A DNA stretch of 24,572 bases from a virus (lineage: Duplodnaviria > Caudoviricetes): positions 1 to 24,572 of the IMG/VR virus record IMGVR_UViG_3300037423_000406. One strand, written 5' to 3'. Position 1 is the first letter of the stretch. Each line of letters starts with the position of its first letter. A program made the translations under genes and the position numbers. This document shows, piece after piece, positions 8,274-17,230 of the stretch. A model generated the notes under the pieces. That model was not told where the DNA came from and made no database searches. It was given only the letters and a program-made list of their open reading frames with translations.

Positions 8274-8863
8274 CGGTACGCGACACGCTGACCCGCGCCA
8301 TCCGCTTCACCGGCGCCCGTGCGCTCGGGGACACGCCCGACGCCGCGGAGATGACGGCGGCTCTAGACGACTTCCAGAACATGTTGATGTCCCTGCCGCG
8401 CACCGCTCTGACGGACGTGCTGATCTCTGCCAACTACACGGCCGGCGAGAACGAGCGGATCACCGATAGCTCCGGAACGGCTACGATCACGCGCCCGACC
8501 ACGATCACCGACTCGGTCACTGGCGTGGTTCGCCCGCCTCGAAATGGCGCGGTGATCGAAGTCGCGAGCGCCACCAGTCCGACCCGCCACATCTACATCG
8601 CCGAACTGAAAAGCTGGATGCAGGTGAACGGCTTGGCTCTCACCTCGACCCAGCCGTTCGGACCTGAACACGAGGCGGGGCTGTCGGCGATGCTGGCTGC
8701 GCGGATTGCGTGGCCAGTGTTCCGCCGCCAACTCAGTCCCGACATCCTGAACCTGGCCGAACAGGGCCGCCGCACCGTCCGACAGCGCTTCCGCCAGACG
8801 GTCCACGTCACAACCGACCCGCTGCTGCTGAATGTGTTCCAGCGCACCGGCGCCACCATCTAG
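8270..8863 (+). CDS. Head-to-tail adaptor, P22 gp4-like
   Basis: N-terminal T..D.LTRAIR..G......TP.A.EM..ALDD...ML pattern and C-terminal L...LAARIA; synteny before the gp10-like gene. Confidence 0.75.
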   Translation: MTVRDTLTRAIRFTGARALGDTPDAAEMTAALDDFQNMLMSLPRTALTDVLISANYTAGENERITDSSGTATITRPTTITDSVTGVVRPPRNGAVIEVASATSPTRHIYIAELKSWMQVNGLALTSTQPFGPEHEAGLSAMLAARIAWPVFRRQLSPDILNLAEQGRRTVRQRFRQTVHVTTDPLLLNVFQRTGATI

Positions 8864-8872
8864 GAGGGGCCA

Positions 8873-9115
8873 ATGGCCGATAAGCACACGATCAACGGCT
8901 CTGACCGCTGGGCCGACGTCACGCCGTCCGACACGGTCAATCTCCCCGAAGTTCCGCGCGCCATCCACATCGGCGTCGCCGGAAACGTGGTGCTCGTCGG
9001 GTCGGATGGGACCGCCTGCACCTTCGCCGTGAACGCCGGGCAGACCTATCCGTATCAGCCGGTGCGGATCAACAGCACATCCACCACGGCGACTGGGATC
9101 AAGGCGCTCTATTGA
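8873..9115 (+). CDS. Head spike base protein, RcGTA Rcc01079-like
   Basis: 80 aa with VTPSDT..L...PRAIHIG.AGNV.L...DG...TF.V.AG...P..PVRI.ST.TTAT; AGGAGG RBS. Confidence 0.8.
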   Translation: MADKHTINGSDRWADVTPSDTVNLPEVPRAIHIGVAGNVVLVGSDGTACTFAVNAGQTYPYQPVRINSTSTTATGIKALY

Positions 9116-9552
9116 GGCCCCTGGCGCCCGCCTCGCCCCTCCGCGGGCGGGCCATCGAGCGCATCAACGCTCACTATGAAGCCTACCTCGGGCAGGGCTT
9201 CCCGACCGCGGACTTCGACGGCCAACCGGAGCCGGAAACCCTCCAGTGCCGCAACGAACTCGACCGGACGAACTGGATCGGGTTGCTGATCAAGGCGCAG
9301 GCGGTGGCGGTGATCGCCAGCCAGACGGAAGACCCTGATGCCGTGATGGCGCAGCCTTGCGACCCGCCGATCCGCTGCTCGTCCAACCGCATGTACCGGC
9401 CGGCGTGGTCAAGCGTGCTGGCGCGGATGTACGCGCTGCTCGACCAGGCCGCGACGGCGCAGGCCAATTGGTGGCGGCTGAAGGACGCGGCCCGCAGCGC
9501 GGAGACCCGCGAGGCGCTGCAAGGCCTGGATCTGGACGAGGGGTGGCCCTGA
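9112..9552 (+). CDS. DUF4376-like protein (fibre-associated)
   Basis: LQ.R...DR.NW, IR..SN, LKDA.R.A.T.EAL..LD...GWP C-terminus. TTG start overlaps the upstream stop. Confidence 0.6.
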   Translation: MRPLAPASPLRGRAIERINAHYEAYLGQGFPTADFDGQPEPETLQCRNELDRTNWIGLLIKAQAVAVIASQTEDPDAVMAQPCDPPIRCSSNRMYRPAWSSVLARMYALLDQAATAQANWWRLKDAARSAETREALQGLDLDEGWP

Positions 9553-9553
9553 C

Positions 9554-10975
9554 ATGCCGGACATGGCCCTGGCCCTGGCCTCCTACCAGCGCTCGACGAT
9601 GCCGCAAGCGGTCCTGCAGAACTGCTTGACCGAGAAGGTCCTGAGCAAGCCAAGCCAGCCGTGGGCGATCCTGGCGCGCTTCGGGCTGGAGGCCTTCGAG
9701 ACCCTGGGGACGGCGCCGTTCCGGGGCAGCTTCCAGAAGGACGGGTTGCTGGGCGATGCCACCTTCGTCGTCGCCTCGACCGGCTGCTACCTGATCGACG
9801 CGGCGGGCGTAAAGACCACGTTGACGGGCACTGTTGCTGGCGACGATCCGGTGATCATCGACGGCGGGCTGGACGCCGACGGCAACTCACTGCTCCGCGT
9901 CGCGACCGGGAACGCACTCTATCAGTTCGTGTGGAGCCCAACGACGGGGCCGGGGGCGGTTGTCGCGGAGGCGTTCCCGACCACGGGCGGGGCAGGGGCG
10001 ACGTCGGTCTCGTTCTGGGCGGGCTATTGGCTCGCGACCGAAGCGGGGACCGACTACGGCTACTTCATTGAGCCCGCCGGCACGACATGGGGTCAGCTGC
10101 AATTCGCGGCGGCCGAGTACCAGCCTGACCCGCTGAAGGGCGCGATCGTAGTCGGCGAGACCGGCTGGCTGCTGGGATCGACGACTACGGAAGGCTGGCG
10201 CCTCACGGGCGATGCGACAAGCGCCATGGAGCCGCTGGGGGGGCTGAAGTTCGACTACGGTTGCCGCAGCTTCTACAGCGCCTGCAACTGCCAAGGCGAC
10301 CTGATCTACGTCGACAACAACGGCCAGGTGCGCTGGAGCCAGGGCGGTGAGCCTCAGGTCATCAGCGACTATGGCCTGACCGAACAGATCCTCGCCACGT
10401 CTGCGGCAGACCTGCGCGCCGGGTTCTTCCTCAAGGGCGGCCATCCGCTGTACGTGCTGCACCTCGGTAGCAACGCGACGTGGGTGTTCGACCTCTCGAC
10501 GCAGCGCTGGAGCACGTTTTCGTCGCTCACCTACGACTATTGGCGCCCGACCTTCTTCGCGACCATGGGCGATACGGTCCTGGCCTTCGATCGCAACTCC
10601 AACGTCATCTGGCGGCTGTCATCGTCGATGCGCCAAGACGCCGACGACGTCTTCACCCGCAAGTTCTGCGCGTTCCTCGAGGTGCCCGAGGGAACGGTCG
10701 ATCTCGTCAACATCGAACTCGACATCCTGACTGGCGACAGCCCACGGTCAGGGCAGGGGAGCGACCCGGTCATCGGCCTGAGGCTCAGCCGGGACCGCGG
10801 CCAGACGTTCGGAGACGTGCGCTACCGGCCAATGGGCTTGACGGGCGAGTACACGTCCGCGCCGCGCTGGAACAGCCTTGGGATGGCGAAGGGGCCGTAC
10901 GGCCTGGTGGCGCAGTGGGAGTTGTCCGACCCGGTTGGCGGGACGGTCTACGGGGCGCGAGCGAATGTCCCTTAG
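9554..10975 (+). CDS. Tail hub / packaged DNA stabilisation protein, P22 gp10-like
   Basis: 473 aa, beta-propeller-like composition. Motifs FAAAEYQPD, LLGSTTTE.W, TWVFDLSTQRW, LRLSRDRGQTFG...MGLTGEY....RW.SLG. Confidence 0.9.
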   Translation: MPDMALALASYQRSTMPQAVLQNCLTEKVLSKPSQPWAILARFGLEAFETLGTAPFRGSFQKDGLLGDATFVVASTGCYLIDAAGVKTTLTGTVAGDDPVIIDGGLDADGNSLLRVATGNALYQFVWSPTTGPGAVVAEAFPTTGGAGATSVSFWAGYWLATEAGTDYGYFIEPAGTTWGQLQFAAAEYQPDPLKGAIVVGETGWLLGSTTTEGWRLTGDATSAMEPLGGLKFDYGCRSFYSACNCQGDLIYVDNNGQVRWSQGGEPQVISDYGLTEQILATSAADLRAGFFLKGGHPLYVLHLGSNATWVFDLSTQRWSTFSSLTYDYWRPTFFATMGDTVLAFDRNSNVIWRLSSSMRQDADDVFTRKFCAFLEVPEGTVDLVNIELDILTGDSPRSGQGSDPVIGLRLSRDRGQTFGDVRYRPMGLTGEYTSAPRWNSLGMAKGPYGLVAQWELSDPVGGTVYGARANVP

Positions 10976-11219
10976 GTCGATCCCCCTGTTCGACGCTGGC
11001 GGCAGGCCAACCGCCTTCCTGATGGTCCAGTGGGCCAAGAGAGGCGCCCTGCAGCCGCTCATGGCGCGCGTTTCGCTCGTAGAGGCGGATGGGACCGCCA
11101 ATCCGATGTTTCGGGCCAGATGGGCGGCGGCGTTCCCCAGTCGCCAGCGGCTTCCGACAGAGCGCGTCGCCGATCCGCAGGGGCGCGGTACGGACGCCTT
11201 CTACGACGTGTTCCTGTGA
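10965..11219 (+). CDS. 84-aa protein in the gp26 (tail needle/plug) position, built of three tandem motif copies
   Basis: ATG 10965 overlaps the end of the gp10-like gene; its stop overlaps the next GTG. Repeats PLFDAGGRPTAFL / SLVEADGTANPMF / RVADPQGRGTDAF. Confidence 0.75.
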   Translation: MSLRSIPLFDAGGRPTAFLMVQWAKRGALQPLMARVSLVEADGTANPMFRARWAAAFPSRQRLPTERVADPQGRGTDAFYDVFL

Positions 11220-11665
11220 TCCGAGAGCATCGAGATCCGGAGTTTTGGATTGGCGTTTACGAGCACCCCGCGGTCAAGCCTCACGTCGGCCTGGGCGGCG
11301 AGTTGGACGTCGCCGCCGTGGTCTCAAATCCCCTTGTCGTACCGCTTCGGGCGGATCACGGCGGGTTCCTGTTTATTCGGCTCGATGGGCTCGGGCGGGT
11401 CCATGAACTGCACACGCTCTTTACCCCAGAGGGATGGGGTCGAGAGGTAGCCAGCGCCGCCAAGGAAGCCTTCGGGCTGATGTTCGATCGCGGCGCAGAT
11501 CTGATCGTCACCTATGAGGTCGCCGGCAATCGCCGGTCACAGCCTCCGCTCTCATTTCGCTTCCAGGCCGCCGGCGGGTTCGCGCCCGATCTCGGAGCCA
11601 GTCTCCGCACCTGGGTCCTGACTCGCTCCGCTTGGGAAGCTTCCCCCGCGTTCCGAAGGATGTAG
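11216..11665 (+). CDS. GNAT-fold protein, DUF2824 / P22 gp14-like
   Basis: GTGA overlap start. HP.V.P, GGFLF, HELHTLF.PEGWGR....AAK motifs. Conserved position before the ejection genes. Confidence 0.7.
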   Translation: MIREHRDPEFWIGVYEHPAVKPHVGLGGELDVAAVVSNPLVVPLRADHGGFLFIRLDGLGRVHELHTLFTPEGWGREVASAAKEAFGLMFDRGADLIVTYEVAGNRRSQPPLSFRFQAAGGFAPDLGASLRTWVLTRSAWEASPAFRRM

Positions 11666-11667
11666 CT

Positions 11668-13110
11668 ATGCCGCTTGCCGCAGCTGTGGTCGGCTCCGCA
11701 ATCGTCGGGGCCGGCGCATCGATCTATTCCTCTTCGCAGGCCAAGAAGGCGGCTGACAAGTCGCTCGACGCCCAGAACCAAGCCGCGCAGCAGCAGCTCG
11801 CCGCCCAGCAGGCGAACTTCAATCGCATCGACACCCTGAACCAGCCGTTCATTCAGGGTGGTACGGCGGCGTTCGACAAGCTCCTGAACCAATACGGCAT
11901 CACGCGGACGCCGCAGACCGGCGGCCCAGCGACGTCGCCGGTAGAGCAGCCGGGGGCCAACTATCCGACGACGGGCTTCGGTGGCGCGCAGGCCCCGCCC
12001 GGCTACTCCTTCGGTCCCAATGACGCCCTGATCCCGACTCCGGCCAGGCACGCCCAAGATGGGGCGCCGGCGCCGTCCACGCCCCCTCAGGGTGGCCCCG
12101 AGTATCCCGGCGCGCCGCAGACCATCAAGGGCGCCGCTCCGGCCTTCGACGCCAAGGCCTATCTCGCCCAGAACCCCGACGTACTGGCGAACGCCCAGCA
12201 GCGAGTGAAGGACGGGACCGCGAACTCGGTCGAAGATGTTGCCTGGGAACACTACAACGCCTTTGGCAAGAACGAAGGCCGTGACGAACCGATGACCTCG
12301 GCGACGCCGGATCAGGTCATAACGCCGGACTACATGAACGGGACGCGGCCGGACGCTCCTGCGGCGCCGACGTTCAATCGCGCACCGGACATGGCCGCGC
12401 CCAGCCTTTCGTCCTACCTGACCGACTTCAAGGCCGATCCCGGCTACCAGTTCCGGGTCAACGAAGCGATCAAGGGCGTCAATGCCGGCTCGGCCGTTCG
12501 CGGCAAGCTGCGCAGCGGCGACGCGGCGCTGGCCATCGAGGGTCGCGCGTCCGATCTTGCCAATCAGGGGTACAACGACTGGTTCCAGCGTCAGATGGCC
12601 CAGTTCGGCGCGGCGCAAGGGCAGTACCAGTACGGGCAGAGCCGCCAGGACAACAATTTCTCGAACGACCGGGCCTACGGAACTTCCCTCTGGCAGAACA
12701 ACCGCGACTTCAACAACACCAACTTCAACACCGATCGCGGCTATCAGACCGGCCGCTACGACACCAACACCGGCAACCTGTTCAACCTGACCGACATCGG
12801 CCTCCGGGGCGCCGGAAACGTCTCTGGGGCCGGGACCAATCTGGCGAACTCGCAGTCGAACATCTACGGCTCGCAGGCGAACGCCGCCTCGGACGCCGCC
12901 TATGCGCGGGCCAACGCCAACTCCCAGCTTGCGGGCGGCCTGGCCGGCGCGGCGGGCAACATGTTCGCGGCCTGGGGTGGCGGGGCCGGGGCCATCCCGG
13001 CTTCCGGCGGCGGCCAGACGGTCGGCCAGGCCTGGAACTCAAGCCTCGGCGGCGGGTGGCAGACCCCCTACGCCGGTTCGGTCAACCCCTACTATCAGCC
13101 GGTGTTCTGA
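11668..13110 (+). CDS. DNA ejection (pilot) protein, gp7-like
   Basis: Hydrophobic Ala/Gly N-terminus (AAAVVGSAIVGAGASIY), DPGYQFR..E..KGVN...A.RG.LRSG motif, N/Q/G-rich C-terminus. Confidence 0.8.
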   Translation: MPLAAAVVGSAIVGAGASIYSSSQAKKAADKSLDAQNQAAQQQLAAQQANFNRIDTLNQPFIQGGTAAFDKLLNQYGITRTPQTGGPATSPVEQPGANYPTTGFGGAQAPPGYSFGPNDALIPTPARHAQDGAPAPSTPPQGGPEYPGAPQTIKGAAPAFDAKAYLAQNPDVLANAQQRVKDGTANSVEDVAWEHYNAFGKNEGRDEPMTSATPDQVITPDYMNGTRPDAPAAPTFNRAPDMAAPSLSSYLTDFKADPGYQFRVNEAIKGVNAGSAVRGKLRSGDAALAIEGRASDLANQGYNDWFQRQMAQFGAAQGQYQYGQSRQDNNFSNDRAYGTSLWQNNRDFNNTNFNTDRGYQTGRYDTNTGNLFNLTDIGLRGAGNVSGAGTNLANSQSNIYGSQANAASDAAYARANANSQLAGGLAGAAGNMFAAWGGGAGAIPASGGGQTVGQAWNSSLGGGWQTPYAGSVNPYYQPVF

Positions 13111-13112
13111 CC

Positions 13113-13841
13113 ATGGCCCGAAATCCCTTTGCTGCCGGATCTACGTTGGACGCGCTCCAGGGTGGAACCGACTACGTCAACGACTTCGTTGACCGCACGC
13201 GCCGCCTACGCGCCGGATATAGCGCCGGCCCGAAGATCGCGCAGGGCGACTATCAGGGCGCAGCGGCGGATTTCGGCGCCCAGGGCATGCCGGACGAGGC
13301 GCGGACGCTCATGGGCGACGCGCGAGGCGTGGAGCAGCAGCAGTACCAGCGTGGGCGCGATGCGACGCAGGACCAGCGTCGCTCGGCGGAATTCGACCTC
13401 GAGCAGGCCAAGGAGCGCCTGTCGGTGCTCAAGACGGTCACTGCTGGCCTGCGGGGCGTGCCCCAAGGCCAGCGTAAGGCTCAGCTGGACCGCATCATGC
13501 CGGTGTTCGAGCAGCTCAAGATCGATACGAAGCCGTTCTCCAGTCTCACCGAAGCGGACCTCACCGACCAGAACCTCGGCGTGTTCGACGGCCAACTCGA
13601 CGAGCAATGGCAGGTGATCGCGACCCAAGGCGGCGGCGTCGAGGCGATCAACAAGCGAAACCCGCGGGAGAGCATTGAGGTGCGCAAGCCGGACAAGCCC
13701 GTCGTGCTTGGCAACGGCGCAACGCTGATGGGGCAGGACGGCCGCCCCGTCTACACGAACCCGAAGACCTTCGCCCCGCCCCGCGCCGGCAGTGCCAAGC
13801 CGGGCGCGTTCGTTCCGAAGCCCACGGGGAGGAGCTACTAG
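13113..13841 (+). CDS. Probable ejection / internal virion protein
   Basis: ATG 13113 two bases after the previous stop; helical and Q-rich; synteny. Confidence 0.65.
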   Translation: MARNPFAAGSTLDALQGGTDYVNDFVDRTRRLRAGYSAGPKIAQGDYQGAAADFGAQGMPDEARTLMGDARGVEQQQYQRGRDATQDQRRSAEFDLEQAKERLSVLKTVTAGLRGVPQGQRKAQLDRIMPVFEQLKIDTKPFSSLTEADLTDQNLGVFDGQLDEQWQVIATQGGGVEAINKRNPRESIEVRKPDKPVVLGNGATLMGQDGRPVYTNPKTFAPPRAGSAKPGAFVPKPTGRSY

Positions 13842-14588
13842 ATGCCGGCTCAGAACTTCCTTCCTGGCCACGAGTACGTCATCGACGAGAATGGCACGAC
13901 CGCCGTCTGGGGCGGGCCGAAGAAGGGCTGGATGAAGCCCGACGAGTACGTCTCGATGAAGGGCCAGAGTCAGGCCCAGTTCGATGATCGACGCGTGCTT
14001 ATGGATCGCCTGGATCAGGCGCGCAACGACTCCACGAAGCGGTTCGCCACGGGCTTCATGGGCCGCCTGACGAGCGGGGAGGGCCTGCCGGACTGGTCGC
14101 CCTTCAAGGGGTTCGGCGGGACGCCCGGCTATGCGCTGGACAAGGAACTGGTTCCGGTGCGGGCCAACGCCTTCATCCAGAACCTCACCAACATGCGCCA
14201 GAACTCCCCCACGGGCGGCGCGGTCGGCAATGTGACCGAGAAGGAAGGCGAAAAGCTCCAGAGCACGGACGGCATTCTCGACGTCGGCCAGCCTGGCCCG
14301 CAACTGCGGCGCGAGATCGATGCCACCAAGTCGGCCATGGTGCGCCACCAGCCGGGCTTGGGCGTCACGAACCCGTTCGCGCTGGGCTCCGTCAGCCCCG
14401 ACGAGATCCCGCAGGGCGCCTACTTCGAGACCCCCGACCATCGGGTGTTCCAGAACCGTCGCGGCGCTCCGGCCCCTGCGGCTGTCCGGAACCAGGCCCC
14501 GGTGCGGGTCGGGTCGGTCGATGAGGCGATGGCGCTCCCGCCCGGCACGGTCTTCGTGACGCCCGATGGGCGTAGGAAGGTGCGCTGA
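13842..14588 (+). CDS. Probable ejection / internal virion protein
   Basis: GGAGGAG RBS. Motif MRQNSPTGGAVGNVTEKEG..LQS and C-terminal LPPGTVFVTPDGR. Confidence 0.7.
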   Translation: MPAQNFLPGHEYVIDENGTTAVWGGPKKGWMKPDEYVSMKGQSQAQFDDRRVLMDRLDQARNDSTKRFATGFMGRLTSGEGLPDWSPFKGFGGTPGYALDKELVPVRANAFIQNLTNMRQNSPTGGAVGNVTEKEGEKLQSTDGILDVGQPGPQLRREIDATKSAMVRHQPGLGVTNPFALGSVSPDEIPQGAYFETPDHRVFQNRRGAPAPAAVRNQAPVRVGSVDEAMALPPGTVFVTPDGRRKVR

Positions 14589-16048
14589 TGCCGGACGAAT
14601 GGGGCCAGTTCAAGGACGCGGACGAGTACGCGCATTTCCGCGACGCGCCGGAGAACAATGGGCAGAAGCGTGACAGCATCTCGCTCGGCGTGCTCAAGGG
14701 CATCCTGCCAGCGGCTGAGAACGTCGCGCCCTACACACCCGCGAACCTGATCCCCGGGTTCCGGGAGAAGAACGCGGCCTCACTGGCCCGGCTGCGCCAG
14801 CACATCGCTGAGCGCGAGCAGATCCAAAAGCCGAACCCGTGGGCGCAGACCGCCGCCACGATCGAAGCTAGCGTCCCGACCTTCGCCATCAAGAACCCGT
14901 TCGCCCAAGGTGCTGCGATGGGCTGGCTGAACAGTGAGGCGCAGAGCCCCGAGGGTCGCGCCATGGACATGGCGACGGGGGCAGGCCTCAACGTGGTGGG
15001 CGGGAAAGCTGTCGACGCCATTGCGGACGTCTTCAGCCCCGTCATCGAGCCTGCCGTTCGTCGCCTAGCGGAAGCTGGCGTCAGGCTCACCCCTGGAATG
15101 AAGCAGGGCGGCAAGGCGATGATCCGCGAGGACAAGCTTGTCAGCCGCCCGGTCGTTGGCGATGCGGTGACGGCAGCTCGCCAAGGGACCCAGGACAGCT
15201 TCAATTCGACCGCGGTGAACAAGGCCCTGGAGCCGTTGGGTGTCAAGGTCCCGCTCGTCATCAAGCCCGGCTACGATCAGATCGGCTTCGCCAAGGATAC
15301 GATCGGGCGGGAATACGACCGCATCGTCCCGAACCTCGCGGTGACGGTCAACCCGCAGTCGTTCGTCCAGAACGTCGGCCCGAAGTTCTCGGCCTTGGGG
15401 AAGGCGCAACAGGACGAAGTCATCAACATCCTCAACGAGCACCTAAAGAACGGACAGCTGTCCGGCCAGGCGCTCAAGGACGCGCAGGGCGAGCTTCGCC
15501 GGCTTGCTGCACAGTACAGCCGCTCTCCGGTCGTGGCCGAGCGCCGCATCGGCCAGACGCTTTGGGACGCGGACGGCGAACTCTCGAACGCGATGATGGC
15601 GCAGAACCCCAAGTGGGCGCCGGACCTGCAGAAGGCCAACGAGGCCTATCGCGGCTACCGCATCATTGCCGACGCCGCCGGCCGCGCCGATGATGGGGCG
15701 TTCAACACCGCACAGCTGAAGGCCGCCGTTCGGCGCGGCGACCGCTCGAGCAACAAGGATGCGAGCGCCCGCGGCCAGGCGTTCATGCAGGAGTTCTCCA
15801 ACGACGCACGCTCGGTGATCCCCCAGCGGGTTCCCAACAGCGGCACGGCCGACCGGATGCCGATGAACCCGTTCGCCTTGGCGGGTGGAGTCAAGGACGC
15901 GGCGCTCTACAACGCCAACGACCTATGGCAGCAGCTTCGGATGCTTCCGCGGCCCGCTGCGATGCAGACATTCGGCGGCGCTGTTCGCGGCGTCAAGGCA
16001 CCGCTCACGTACGGTATCGTCGCCGCCGGCCAGCAACCGGACAACTGA
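14588..16048 (+). CDS. Large probable ejection / internal virion protein
   Basis: TGATG overlap. 486 aa, Ala/Gly-rich and helical, with G..LTPG and PNSGTADR motifs; last gene of the ejection block. Confidence 0.7.
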   Translation: MPDEWGQFKDADEYAHFRDAPENNGQKRDSISLGVLKGILPAAENVAPYTPANLIPGFREKNAASLARLRQHIAEREQIQKPNPWAQTAATIEASVPTFAIKNPFAQGAAMGWLNSEAQSPEGRAMDMATGAGLNVVGGKAVDAIADVFSPVIEPAVRRLAEAGVRLTPGMKQGGKAMIREDKLVSRPVVGDAVTAARQGTQDSFNSTAVNKALEPLGVKVPLVIKPGYDQIGFAKDTIGREYDRIVPNLAVTVNPQSFVQNVGPKFSALGKAQQDEVINILNEHLKNGQLSGQALKDAQGELRRLAAQYSRSPVVAERRIGQTLWDADGELSNAMMAQNPKWAPDLQKANEAYRGYRIIADAAGRADDGAFNTAQLKAAVRRGDRSSNKDASARGQAFMQEFSNDARSVIPQRVPNSGTADRMPMNPFALAGGVKDAALYNANDLWQQLRMLPRPAAMQTFGGAVRGVKAPLTYGIVAAGQQPDN

Positions 16049-16142
16049 CGGCCAGGCGCTTCTAGCGGCGCCGGCGACGAAGATCGCGAGAGCGGTCGTC
16101 AAAGCCATCCACACAACCTAGCACAACCCAAAGGAGGGGGCC

Positions 16143-17186
16143 ATCGCACTCTTGTTCGACGCCCGTTGGCGCGCGCTGGACGCCTCAGCCAACCCCCTCA
16201 GCGGGGCGACGCTGACCGTCTACAATGCGAACACCGTCGTGCTGACGCCCCTGTTCAGCGACGTCGGCCTATCGGTGGCGCTTGCAAACCCCGTCACGGC
16301 TGACAGCGCTGGCCGGTTCGGTCAGATCTTCGCGGCCGAGGGCACGACCGTCGATCTCGTGCTGAAGGACTCCGGCGGCTCGACCGTATATTCGGAAGAC
16401 GACGTCGCCTTCCTTGGGGCCGATACCGGCACGTTCTCCCGCACGCTCGCCGACAACACCCGCTACAAGATCTCGGGCTCTGGCGGTGTCGTCCTGATCG
16501 AGGTTGGCGATCCGAGCCCCGACAACATCGGCGGCACGGTCACGTTCCAAGGCTGGGCGGGGACGCAAGGCGACACCGCCACCTTCAACTTCGCCACGGT
16601 GAACGCGGGGACCAGCGCCGGTGCTCTGAAGGAGAACGGCAAGAAGATCACCGGGACCATCTATGTGGACAGCACACAGGTCACGGCGCAGACCTCAGTG
16701 GATATCGCGCTGCCGCAAAGCCCAAGCGGGGCCAGGGCCTGGGAGATCGAACTCTGGAACTACTCCCAGTCGGGCAACGGCAACCTCCAAGCCCGCTTGA
16801 GCTACGACGGCGGCGGGACGTTCAAGTCCGCCGGGACCGACTACAAATACTACTACGAACAGTCCGACAGCACCACGGGCGCGCTATCCGTCACGGCCCT
16901 TGTGACCGCCGCCGCTGCGCAGTTCTGCAGCAACCTCAACAGCGCGACTGACGAACTCGGCCGGGTGCGCCTGCGGATCATCACGCCGGACTCCGGGACC
17001 ACGCACACGAGCCTGGACTTCGACTGCCGGGGCGTCCTGAACACTGGCGCCTTCGCGGTCTTCAAAGGCCTGGCCTACGGGGCTGGCAGCTACGGCCGGG
17101 CCACGCACCTCCGCCTGCTGATGTCCGCCAGCAACTTCACCTTCAAGTACCGCGTCGTGCCTCTGCGCGGCTACGGCGAGACCTGA
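16143..17186 (+). CDS. Tail fibre/spike with N-terminal virion-attachment domain (start at ATC 16143 or TTG 16152)
   Basis: LDA..NPLSGA.L.VY.ANT....P.FSD..L.....NPV.ADSAGRF..IF is a typical podovirus tail-attachment domain. Beta-rich C-terminus. RBS AAGGAGG at 16131. Confidence 0.8.
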   Translation: MALLFDARWRALDASANPLSGATLTVYNANTVVLTPLFSDVGLSVALANPVTADSAGRFGQIFAAEGTTVDLVLKDSGGSTVYSEDDVAFLGADTGTFSRTLADNTRYKISGSGGVVLIEVGDPSPDNIGGTVTFQGWAGTQGDTATFNFATVNAGTSAGALKENGKKITGTIYVDSTQVTAQTSVDIALPQSPSGARAWEIELWNYSQSGNGNLQARLSYDGGGTFKSAGTDYKYYYEQSDSTTGALSVTALVTAAAAQFCSNLNSATDELGRVRLRIITPDSGTTHTSLDFDCRGVLNTGAFAVFKGLAYGAGSYGRATHLRLLMSASNFTFKYRVVPLRGYGET

Positions 17187-17230
17187 TCGGCCTTCCGGCC
17201 CTCCCCACAATTCAATCGAGAGTACACCGC

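Noticed and set aside
15923-16114. Minus-strand 63-aa ORF with hydrophobic N-terminus after the ejection genes (position of P22 sieA-like exclusion genes)
   Set aside because: No convincing RBS or promoter, and two thirds of it overlaps the ejection gene. It cannot be supported, though a remnant is not excluded.
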